Shown here one piece after another: positions 19,436-28,078 of a stretch of 64,000 nucleotides of DNA. A model generated the notes under the pieces. The model did no database searches. It worked only from the letters and a program-made list of their open reading frames with translations, and was not told where the DNA came from. How positions within the stretch are numbered: position 1 is the stretch's first letter; each line of letters begins with the position of its first letter. Source of the DNA: Deltaproteobacteria bacterium (GTDB lineage Bacteria > Desulfobacterota_D > UBA1144 > Nemesobacterales > Nemesobacteraceae); the NCBI GenBank assembly GCA_029262295.1, contig JAJCZR010000065.1, positions 857-64,856 of the forward strand, read 5' to 3'. The position numbers were made by a program, and so were the translations under genes.

Positions 19436-20387
19436 CCTTGCAAAAGAAGAATATTACACACCTGAGCAGGAGGCTATTGTTGAAGAAATAATAGAATCTT
19501 TGAGCCAGGCTCAAAAAACCCTTTCATGTAAATACTTTTATGATGAAAAAGGTTCAGATCTTTTTGAAGAGATCGTAGAGCTTGATGAATACTACTTAAC
19601 AAGAACCGAGACCTCTATTATGAACAATAATATAGAAGAGATTTCCAGGCTTATTGGTAAAAACTGTATTTTAATTGAACCCGGTAGTGGAAGCGGGCAA
19701 AAAATAAAGATACTTCTCGACAACTTAATATTCCCCTCAGCATATGTGCCTATAGATATCTCTGAGTCGTATGTGAAAGATTCTGCCAATAAACTTTCAA
19801 AGAACTATCCCGATTTGAAGATCCTGCCAATCATTGCAGACTACACAGGAGAATTCAAACTGCCAGGGTTTAACTTTGAGCATGAAAATCTTGTTGTTTA
19901 CTATCCGGGATCAACAATTGGGAACTTTAGTCCTGAAAAAGCAAAGGAATTTCTCAAAAAAATTGCACACATGTGTGGGAAAGACAGTTACCTTCTACTT
20001 GGAATTGACTTAAAAAAAGATAAAGAGGTTCTTGAAAAAGCCTACAATGATGGATCAGGAATTACGAGAAAATTCAATATAAACATACTTGAAAACCTTA
20101 ACAATCTTATAGAATCCAATTTCGAGTTAGATCAATGGGCACATAAAGCCTTTTTTAATGAAGATAAAAGTAGGATTGAAATGCATCTTGTAAGCAAAGA
20201 AAAGCAAAATGTGAATATCAATGGGTATACTGTTTCTTTTAACAAGGGTGAGACAATACATACCGAGAATTCACATAAATATAGTATTGATAAATTTTGT
20301 GAACTTATCTCGGATGATTACAGAATGAATAAAGTGTGGACTGATAAAGAAAATAAATTTGCAGTTCTATTATTCCAGTCAATTTAA
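19425..20387 (+). CDS. egtD: L-histidine N-alpha-methyltransferase EgtD
   Basis: KYFYDEKGS, EYYLTRTE, PGSTIGNF, IHTENSHKY; overlaps egtB. Confidence 0.93.
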   Translation: MKTNLAKEEYYTPEQEAIVEEIIESLSQAQKTLSCKYFYDEKGSDLFEEIVELDEYYLTRTETSIMNNNIEEISRLIGKNCILIEPGSGSGQKIKILLDNLIFPSAYVPIDISESYVKDSANKLSKNYPDLKILPIIADYTGEFKLPGFNFEHENLVVYYPGSTIGNFSPEKAKEFLKKIAHMCGKDSYLLLGIDLKKDKEVLEKAYNDGSGITRKFNINILENLNNLIESNFELDQWAHKAFFNEDKSRIEMHLVSKEKQNVNINGYTVSFNKGETIHTENSHKYSIDKFCELISDDYRMNKVWTDKENKFAVLLFQSI

Positions 20388-20453
20388 AAATCTCTTGAAA
20401 TACAGTAAATAGTGCTCATATTAAAGCAGCATTTTAAAGAAGGGCTGAACAAA

Positions 20454-21755
20454 ATGGGAATCGAGCAAATAAAACCACAGGTAAACAGGGAAATTAAAAA
20501 TCTCCTTGTTAATAATTATGGAGTTATCGTTACCTCCATTGTAAAAGAGTTTGGACTATCAAGTCTTGAGCATGTTCAAAAGGTAGCCAAAAACTCAATT
20601 GAAGAAGCCAAAAAGGATTGGTCGCAAAATGGGATTCCTGATAATCCCGAACTAAATATTTGGGAAAGTATTCTTGAAAACTCAAATAGGCTTTTTTGTA
20701 AAAAGATCAACTATCTTCAACAACATGGAAATAAAATTGACGTTACAAAATTTCATTTTGACTACCCAAAAACTCATTACGCAACTAAAAACCAAATAGA
20801 GTTTTTATTTTCTATTTTTGATGAGAACATTGATGAAACTGTAAGAAAATATCTTCTTCTCAACATTCTATGTGGATTTTCATACTCCTCTCTTGCAAGG
20901 ATTTTTGAGAAAAATGAAAAACATCTCGAAACTCAAATATTTAATGAAAAAAAGAAAATAATGTACGAAGAAGTAAGGTTAAATACCCCGAGTGGGAAGC
21001 ATAACAATTTAAAGCTGCAATCTGTTTTAAATATCGCAAAAGAAATTTTTGATAAGGGTTATAGCTGCAATAACAATGAAAAGACTCTTTTCCCCGAACT
21101 ATGCCATTCTGCAATTAAAATTGTTGGCCTACTTGCAAACTTCCCCGCAACCTCAATACCTGAAAGCCATGCACTTTTAGCCTGGATGCTATTTAGTGCT
21201 TCAAGATTAAATGCAATGCAGGATGAAAGAGGAAGTGTTTTAACACTACAGGAACAGGATAGATCAATCTGGAACACAAAGATGATTGAGAAAGGGCTTG
21301 TTCACCTGCATGAATCTGCAAATGGTGAAGAGGTTACAATTATTCATCTTGAAGCCGGCGTTTCTGCTATACATTCACTTGCTTCTGACTACAGATCAAC
21401 AAACTGGAACCGCATAGTTTCACTTTATGACAACTACCTTGCTTATAACAACTGCCCTTCAGTTGAGCTTGAAAAGGCAATTGCAATATCCAAGCAAAAA
21501 GGGCCCACAGAAGGAATAAATGCAATAAATAGCATACAAAGAAAAGAGAATCTGGATTCAGACGATCTTTTATATTCAACTCTTGGAAACTTAAATTTCC
21601 AGCTCCACAAATATGAAACAGCTATTTCGAATTTTAGACATGCAATTGACCTTTCTGATGAATCATTCGACAGATCGTTTTACTCAAAGAAAATCAAGAT
21701 CTGCCAGCAAAGAATTAATATGTCTAAAAAGTACGGCCACAGCCTATCCTTTTAA
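20454..21755 (+). CDS. divergent ECF42-type sigma factor-like protein (DUF6596 + TPR)
   Basis: GIPDNP; SRLNAMQDERGSVLTLQEQDRSIWN; TNWNRIVSLYD; TPR tail. Sigma2 motifs are degenerate. Start ATG 20454 (ORF track uses 20412). Confidence 0.72.
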   Translation: MGIEQIKPQVNREIKNLLVNNYGVIVTSIVKEFGLSSLEHVQKVAKNSIEEAKKDWSQNGIPDNPELNIWESILENSNRLFCKKINYLQQHGNKIDVTKFHFDYPKTHYATKNQIEFLFSIFDENIDETVRKYLLLNILCGFSYSSLARIFEKNEKHLETQIFNEKKKIMYEEVRLNTPSGKHNNLKLQSVLNIAKEIFDKGYSCNNNEKTLFPELCHSAIKIVGLLANFPATSIPESHALLAWMLFSASRLNAMQDERGSVLTLQEQDRSIWNTKMIEKGLVHLHESANGEEVTIIHLEAGVSAIHSLASDYRSTNWNRIVSLYDNYLAYNNCPSVELEKAIAISKQKGPTEGINAINSIQRKENLDSDDLLYSTLGNLNFQLHKYETAISNFRHAIDLSDESFDRSFYSKKIKICQQRINMSKKYGHSLSF

Positions 21756-21764
21756 ATCTAACGA

Positions 21765-22193
21765 ATGTCTAGAATGACCAAAGAAGAGTATTTAAAGTTT
21801 CTTTCAGAAGGAACTAAAACCGCTCATCTTGCAACAGTTAGAGAAGATGGACGACCTCATGTTGTGCCTATTTGGTTTGTTATGGATGGAGATAAACTTG
21901 TATTTAATACCGGCGTAAACACTGTAAAAGGAAAAAACCTAAAAAGAAATCCCGAAGTCTGTATTTCAGTAGATAATCCAAATCCACCTTATGATTTTGT
22001 ACAGATTCAGGGAAAAGCAAAAATATCAGAAGACCTTGATGAAATGTTAATTTGGGCGACAATAATAGGAGCTAGATATATGGGTGTGGATAAAGCTGAA
22101 AAATTCGGAAAAAGAAATGCTGTTCCCGGCGAGCTTCTTGTAAAAGTTAACCCAACTAAAATTATTGCCGAAAAGAATGTTACCGCCTGGTAA
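21765..22193 (+). CDS. PPOX-class (pyridoxamine 5'-phosphate oxidase-like) putative F420-dependent oxidoreductase
   Basis: LATVREDGRPHVVPIWF, KGKNLKRNPEV, GARYMG...FGKRNAVPGE. Confidence 0.85.
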   Translation: MSRMTKEEYLKFLSEGTKTAHLATVREDGRPHVVPIWFVMDGDKLVFNTGVNTVKGKNLKRNPEVCISVDNPNPPYDFVQIQGKAKISEDLDEMLIWATIIGARYMGVDKAEKFGKRNAVPGELLVKVNPTKIIAEKNVTAW

Positions 22194-22198
22194 CTATC

Positions 22199-22377
22199 CT
22201 TCATTCTGAACTTGTTTCAAAATCTATACTTAATGTCATACTCGAATGCTTAAACCTGTGCTGAGCAAAGTCGAAGTATCGGGTATCCATTCTTTTAAAT
22301 ATTATAGATTCCCGCTAGAGAATTGCGAGAATGACATTTTGGTTAATCTAGTTACTCTGAACTCATTTCAGAATCTA
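22199..22377. repeat. cluster of four YGTC-tagged REP-like repeats, one carrying a nested 24-bp element
   Basis: Copies at 22199-22226 (+), 22234-22289 (+, insert CCTGTGCTGAGCAAAGTCGAAGTA at 22255-22278), 22305-22336 (-) and 22350-22377 (+). Confidence 0.85.
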
Positions 22378-22498
22378 TTCTTTTCAGTCAATTTGAGCAT
22401 GCTTGTCTTGAGGACATTCGAGAGTTAATCACTTTAAACTATTAGATTTAATCTCTGGTATAAAATATAATTATTAATAAAGAGAGCAGAATAAATCC

Positions 22499-22792
22499 AT
22501 GAACAAACTGACTAAGACAAAACAAATATTAAAAGACCTGAAACCTGAGCTCAAAAGTAATTACATGGTTAAAGAAATCAGTATATTCGGTTCTTATGTG
22601 AGAGAAGAACAAACAATAGGAAGTGATATTGATATCCTGGTTGAATTTGAAAGACCGGTAAGTCTTCTAAAAATTGTTTCTCTTGAAAACTATTTATCAG
22701 ATATTCTGGAAATGAAAGTTGATATTGTTCCAAAAAACAATATCAGAAAAGAATTAAAAAAATACATATTGAAAGAAGCTGAGCTTGTATGA
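22499..22792 (+). CDS. MNT-family minimal nucleotidyltransferase antitoxin
   Basis: FGSYVREEQTIGSDIDILVEF (GS...DxD motif), 97 aa; ATGA overlap with the HEPN fragment. Confidence 0.9.
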   Translation: MNKLTKTKQILKDLKPELKSNYMVKEISIFGSYVREEQTIGSDIDILVEFERPVSLLKIVSLENYLSDILEMKVDIVPKNNIRKELKKYILKEAELV

Positions 22793-22959
22793 AAAGAAAT
22801 ACAACTCTGTATATCTCCGATATTATTGAATATATAGAAAGAGCAGAAAACTATATAAAAGATCTAAGTTATAAAGAATTTTTCGATGATTGCAGAACCA
22901 TAGACAAAATATTAGGTCGGAACAAACTTAATTATTCTCTTTTAAATAATTGCATTTAG
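22789..22959 (+). pseudogene. truncated HepT/DUF86 HEPN toxin (56 codons)
   Basis: MKRNTTLYISDIIEYIERAENYIKDLSYKEFFDDCRTID matches DUF86 N-termini, then diverges; no RX4-6H motif. Confidence 0.78.
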
Positions 22960-22971
22960 AGAAGAAAACGA

Positions 22972-23005
22972 TGTACATTCTGAACTCATTTCAGAATCTA
23001 TTCTT
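22972..23005 (+). repeat. REP-like hairpin; its last 27 bp are a direct repeat of 22356-22382
   Basis: TCTGAACTCATTTCAGAATCTATTCTT is identical at 22356 and 22979, and overlaps the DUF2130 stop codon. Confidence 0.85.
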
Positions 23006-24272
23006 CTTCATTTTCATCTTCAGACTCTTCGGTTGACGACAACTCTAAAGCTTTTACAGACTGAATGGCATTGCCTGCTATACCTTTTATGGAACCATAC
23101 ATGTCAGTTGTGTTTAAAAGTACTTTTTCAATCTGTTTTTCTCTTTGCTTCCATATTCTTTGCATTGAGCGTTTTTCACTTTCCATATCTGATTTCATCT
23201 GGGTAAACCCTTCAACTATTGCTTCCACCTGCATCCTGAAAGTATTACTTGTGAGATAATCATAAAGCATGTGCATCTTGTCGCCCCTGTTTTCCTGCGA
23301 ACTTATTGTCATACTAAGCTGCACAATTGATTCTCTTAACACAGTGCAAAGCCCTTTAAACTCTTCATAGCTACAAACCCATACCCCATCTTTATTGCCC
23401 ATTCTATCAAAATCAGATGGCATTGCTTCAGTCACGATAACACCAATATCAGCATCTTTGTCTCTCATATCGGCTTTAAACTTCTCAATCCAACTAGGCT
23501 GAAAATCCTTAGTGCGCTTACTTTCATAGTAAATCTTTCCGCAGTTTTGACGAGTTCTGGTATTAACAATCTGAATACAGTCGCCACCTCTTGCACCTTT
23601 TTTAATTTCCTCGATTGTATCTAATGGAAATTGAGCAGCAAGCCATTCCTCTATTCCCAGCTCTTGCACTTCTCCCTGAAGCTGCATTGAGCCCTGCTGC
23701 TGTTTACGACTCATTTCAGCTGTTAATTTTTTCTGATCTTCAAGCTGTTTGTCCTTCTCTTTTAAACGTAATTCAAATTTTTCTTCAAAAGATTTTTGTA
23801 TCTTATCTTTTTCAGCCAATAACACTTCATTCAGTTTTTTCTGGGCTTCAGCTTCAACAGCTTCTTTTAGTTCATCCTTTTCACGCTTTAATTTTTCTAT
23901 CTCAGCTTTTGTACGATTGAGTTCTTTTATCTGTTCTGATTTTTCATTTAACTCTTTTTGCAGAGCCTCGAATTGATCTGAGTTTTCTCCTTGAATCTTC
24001 AACTTCAGTTTTTCTTCAATGGATTTTCTTTCTTCTTTAAGCTGCTTATCAAGCCGCTCTTGAAATAGTTCATCCTGCTTTTTCTTTTCCAGCTCAAATG
24101 CTTCTTTGGATTTATTTAGGTTTTCAAAATCTTTATTGAACTTTTGTTTTTGTTCAGCAAGCTGAGCTTCGTATTTTTGCTTAATCTCATCTTCGAGCTG
24201 ATGTGAAAGAATATCCTGCACATCAATAGATTCGCCGCAATTCGGGCATTTTATTTGGGTTTCGTTACTCAT
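22998..24272 (-). CDS. DUF2130 domain-containing protein
   Basis: N-terminal CPNC, long coiled coil, QGSMQLQGEVQEL, GKIYYESKRTK, WKQREKQ. Confidence 0.9.
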   Translation of the reverse strand: MSNETQIKCPNCGESIDVQDILSHQLEDEIKQKYEAQLAEQKQKFNKDFENLNKSKEAFELEKKKQDELFQERLDKQLKEERKSIEEKLKLKIQGENSDQFEALQKELNEKSEQIKELNRTKAEIEKLKREKDELKEAVEAEAQKKLNEVLLAEKDKIQKSFEEKFELRLKEKDKQLEDQKKLTAEMSRKQQQGSMQLQGEVQELGIEEWLAAQFPLDTIEEIKKGARGGDCIQIVNTRTRQNCGKIYYESKRTKDFQPSWIEKFKADMRDKDADIGVIVTEAMPSDFDRMGNKDGVWVCSYEEFKGLCTVLRESIVQLSMTISSQENRGDKMHMLYDYLTSNTFRMQVEAIVEGFTQMKSDMESEKRSMQRIWKQREKQIEKVLLNTTDMYGSIKGIAGNAIQSVKALELSSTEESEDENEEE

Positions 24273-24483
24273 TTGATTATTTCCCTGATTATTGCATATA
24301 TAATTGGATAAAACTTACTGGAATATATTTGAAGGTAAACTGCTTGTAAAAGTTACTCCGTGGCAAGAACTTATCAACCTGAACTAAAGACAGTACCTAT
24401 TTATTCTTAATTGAATCTCTTTTCATATAAATTTAACAATAGCTAATGTTTAAAGTACATTAATTAGCTGTATAGGATAATAA

Positions 24484-25579
24484 ATGAGTAAAGATTTTCA
24501 TGATAAACCTTTTGATGATGCAACTAAAACTAAACTTGAGCTTTATCAAAAATATGTTGAAGAGTGGTTACCAGTATTCATAAAATATAAGATTAAAAAT
24601 ATCAATATTTTCGATTTTTTTTTGCGGTCCAGGTCTAGATAGTAAAAACAATTTTGGAAGCCCTCTTTTAGCCATTGAAACAATCAAATCATTTGAAGAG
24701 CTTGTTATTAAAGAGAATTTAAAAATAAATCTTTACCTAAATGATAATAAGAGAGACAAAACAAGCAATTTACTCAGATTATTGCATTCAAGAAAAACAG
24801 ATAAGATTGAATATTTGAACATTAATGTTACAAATCATAAGTTCGAATATATTTTTGATAAATATTATTCACAAATTATGAATCGGAGATATTCTGCAAA
24901 TTTAATATTTATAGACCAAACTGGAATAAAACATGTTACAAGTGATAGATTCTTAAAAATTATGAATTTAAATAGAACAGACTTTCTTTTTTTTATTTCA
25001 TCTTCAGCAATTAAAAGATTTATTAAAGAAGAAGGATTTAGAAATCATTTTGGTAATATTTCACAAGAGATAAGAAAAACTAATCCAAACAACATACACA
25101 GAGAAGTTGCGAAATTTTATAGAAGTTTAATTCCTAAAAATACCGAGATGCATTTAATCCCATTTACTTTAAAAAAAGGTAAAAATTACTACGGACTAAT
25201 TTTTGCAACAAAACACATACGTGGAGCAGAGAAATTCCTGAAAGTATGTTGGGATAAAGATAAAATAACAGGAGATGCTAACTTTGATATTGATAATTCC
25301 AAAATTGATTTAGATAAACCCGCATTATTTGATGAAATGAACAAATCCACTAAATTAAATGAATTTGAAAAAGAATTAAGAGGAAAAATTCTCGAAAAAA
25401 ATTTAAAAACTAATGTTGAAATTTTTAAATTTACAATATCAAATGCTTTTTTAGCAGAACATGCAAGAGAAGTCATTAGAATCCTAAAAAAGGATAAATT
25501 AATAGAAAAAAAAGTTAATATATCTTATGATTCTTGCATAAAGAAAAAGAAGGAAGAAAAAATAAATGTCCTCAAATAG
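24484..25579 (+). pseudogene. tcmP: three-Cys-motif partner protein TcmP (SAM-binding methyltransferase-like), frameshifted at a T9 tract
   Basis: ATG 24484 gives MSKDFHDKPFDDATKTKLELYQKYVEEWLPVF...IFDFF. T9 lies at 24615-24623; T8 would give DFFCGPG...GSPL in frame with ORF 24782..25579 (FIDQTG, GLIFATKH), 364 aa. Confidence 0.82.
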
Positions 25580-26312
25580 CAAAATAGAATGGACTGAAGC
25601 AACTTGGAATCCAGTAACAGGTTGCAATAAAGTAAGTCAAGGTTGCAAATTCTGTTATGCAGAAAGGCTAGCCTATCGTTTAAAGAGAATGGGGAATATT
25701 CGTTACAGAAATGAATTTGAAGTTACTCTTCACAATGATCTCACAGAATTGCCTATTAAATGGAAAAAACCCAGAATAATTTTTGTGAATTCAATGAGCG
25801 ATTTATTCCACGAGAAAGTACCTTTGGAATTTATTCAAAAAGTTTTTAAGACAATGGAAAAAACTCCACAGCATATCTATCAAATACTTACAAAACGAAG
25901 TTCTAGATTGAAAGAGCTCTCACCTGAACTTAAATGGCCTCATAATGTCTGGATGGGAGTTAGCGTTGAAGACATGAGAGTTGTAAATAGAATTTCTGAT
26001 CTTTTAGAAGTTAATGCTTTCGTAAAATTCCTTTCACTTGAACCTTTAATTGGACCACTGGATTCATTACAACTAAACGGAATTAATTGGGTAATTGTTG
26101 GTGGAGAATCAGGCCCAGGATCTAGACCAATGAAAAAAAGTTGGGTCGAATCTATTCTATCGCAATGTAAAGATGCAGAAGTACCTTTCTTTTTTAAACA
26201 ATGGGGTGGGGTTCGAAAAGATTTAACTGGTAGAAAACTTAATGGAAGGACATATGATGAAATGCCTTCTACAAATAATGACAACCAATTACTATTAGCA
26301 AGTAGCTATTAA
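25566..26312 (+). CDS. DUF5131 / phage Gp37-Gp68 family three-Cys radical-SAM-like protein
   Basis: [47 protein letters not shown]. Confidence 0.93.
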   Translation: MSSNSKIEWTEATWNPVTGCNKVSQGCKFCYAERLAYRLKRMGNIRYRNEFEVTLHNDLTELPIKWKKPRIIFVNSMSDLFHEKVPLEFIQKVFKTMEKTPQHIYQILTKRSSRLKELSPELKWPHNVWMGVSVEDMRVVNRISDLLEVNAFVKFLSLEPLIGPLDSLQLNGINWVIVGGESGPGSRPMKKSWVESILSQCKDAEVPFFFKQWGGVRKDLTGRKLNGRTYDEMPSTNNDNQLLLASSY

Positions 26313-26352
26313 AAACAACTTCTTAGATTTTTTTCACCATTGAATTAATGTC

Positions 26353-28071
26353 ATGAGAATCTTACAAAACATTTTTATTCTTTTTCTTATTTTTACTTTC
26401 TCAATCCAATCTTCAAACTCAGTAGAACCCCTAGACTTCCCCAACTCCATCCACAAACCTATAATAGCTCAAAACGGAATGGTTGTTTCTGAAGATAGTT
26501 ATGCAACCAAAGCAGGATTGGAAGTATTGAAAGAAGGTGGGAATGCGGTGGATGCAGCAGTGACAATGGGATTTGTGATGGCTGTGACATTTCCAAGAGC
26601 AGGAAATCTTGGCGGCGGTGGCTTCATGATGGTTCTTAATAAAGAATCTGATGAGATTATTGCAATTGATTACAGGGAAAAAGCTCCGAAAGCTGCAACA
26701 AAAGATTTATTCTTGGATGAAACTGGAAATGTAGATAAAGAAAAATCTCGGCACAGCATCTATTCAGCAGGTGTTCCGGGAACAGTTGCTGGTTTGGCAC
26801 TTGCACTCGAGAAGTACGGCACTATAACGCTTAAAGAAGCATTAGAGCCTGCAATTAGGCTTGCAAAGAAAGGTTTTCCCGTCTCTTATGAATTCAGAGA
26901 ATCACTTAAAGATTCAAAAGAGTATATGAAGAGGTCTTCTGAGAGCCTTTCCAATTACTATAAAGAAGATGGAAGTAATTTTGAAGTTGGTGAAGTTTTA
27001 AAACAAAAAAACCTAGCATGGAGTTTAAAACAGATAAAAAAACATGGCCCAAAAACATTTTATGAAGGAAAGGTTGCCGACAAAATTGTAGATTTTATGG
27101 AAGCTGAAAATGGCTTAATAACAAAAGATGATCTCAAATCCTATGAACCAAAGACTAGAAAACCAATAACTGGAAGTTATAAAGGTTATGAGATTTACTC
27201 AATTCCCCCTCCAAGCTCTGGCGGAGTACATATTATCCAGATGCTGAATATCCTTGAGCAGTTTCCTTTAAACACCTACGGACATAACTCTGCTGATTAT
27301 ATCCATCTTGTTTCAGAAGTAATGAAACTTGCATATGCCGACAGATCAAAATATCTTGGGGATCCTGATTTTGTGGATGTCCCAATTAAAGAACTAACTT
27401 CAAAAGAGTATGCCAAAAAACTTTCAAAAAAAATTAAGCTCAAAAAGGCAACTCCATCAAAGAAAATAAAACCTGGAAAGATTATCTCTGAAGGACCGAG
27501 CACAACTCATTTCTCAGTGATGGATAAATATGGAAATGTAGTTTCAAACACATATACGCTTAATTTTTCTTACGGCTCAAAAATATCTGTTCCAGGCACT
27601 GGAATACTCTTAAATAACGAGATGGATGACTTTTCAGCAAAAGCCGGAGTACCAAATGCTTATGGATTGATTGGCGGCGAGTTCAACTCTATTGAACCTG
27701 AGAAAAGAATGCTTAGCTCAATGAGCCCCACCATTGTTTTAAAAGACGGAAAACCTTTTCTTGCAACAGGAAGCCCGGGAGGTAGCAGGATTATCACTAC
27801 TGTTTTACAAATTATCTTAAATACTGCAACTAATGATATGAATATTTCTGAGGCCACTCATGCCCCAAGATTTCATCATCAATGGTTTCCCGACAAGCTC
27901 TTTGTCGAAAACGGGATAAGTAAAGACACACTTAATATTCTAGAGAAAAGAGGACACAAAATAGAGAAGAACAGAACTATAGGTAGTGCTCAAAGTATTG
28001 TTAAAATTGGTAATTACTTTTACGGATCAACTGACCCGAGAAGGCCGGGCGGCCTTGCTGACGGGTATTAA
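26353..28071 (+). CDS. ggt: gamma-glutamyltransferase
   Basis: Signal peptide, GGNAVDAA, IDYRE, STTHFSV nucleophile, NNEMDDF, SSMSP, GSPGG. Confidence 0.96.
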   Translation: MRILQNIFILFLIFTFSIQSSNSVEPLDFPNSIHKPIIAQNGMVVSEDSYATKAGLEVLKEGGNAVDAAVTMGFVMAVTFPRAGNLGGGGFMMVLNKESDEIIAIDYREKAPKAATKDLFLDETGNVDKEKSRHSIYSAGVPGTVAGLALALEKYGTITLKEALEPAIRLAKKGFPVSYEFRESLKDSKEYMKRSSESLSNYYKEDGSNFEVGEVLKQKNLAWSLKQIKKHGPKTFYEGKVADKIVDFMEAENGLITKDDLKSYEPKTRKPITGSYKGYEIYSIPPPSSGGVHIIQMLNILEQFPLNTYGHNSADYIHLVSEVMKLAYADRSKYLGDPDFVDVPIKELTSKEYAKKLSKKIKLKKATPSKKIKPGKIISEGPSTTHFSVMDKYGNVVSNTYTLNFSYGSKISVPGTGILLNNEMDDFSAKAGVPNAYGLIGGEFNSIEPEKRMLSSMSPTIVLKDGKPFLATGSPGGSRIITTVLQIILNTATNDMNISEATHAPRFHHQWFPDKLFVENGISKDTLNILEKRGHKIEKNRTIGSAQSIVKIGNYFYGSTDPRRPGGLADGY

Positions 28072-28078
28072 AAATAGT

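Noticed and set aside
22199-22377. Repeat clusters as a CRISPR array
   Set aside because: The repeats vary in sequence and orientation, spacing is irregular, and there are no cas genes.
22246-22428. 60-aa ORF MLKPVLSKVEVSGIH...
   Set aside because: It is a translation of the REP mosaic, with no RBS or protein motif.
24782-25579. Independent 265-aa gene
   Set aside because: It is the distal part of frameshifted tcmP, which starts at 24484.
25566-26312. Prophage, suggested by the Gp37/Gp68 name
   Set aside because: No structural, integrase or replication phage genes nearby; the family commonly occurs with tcmP outside prophages.
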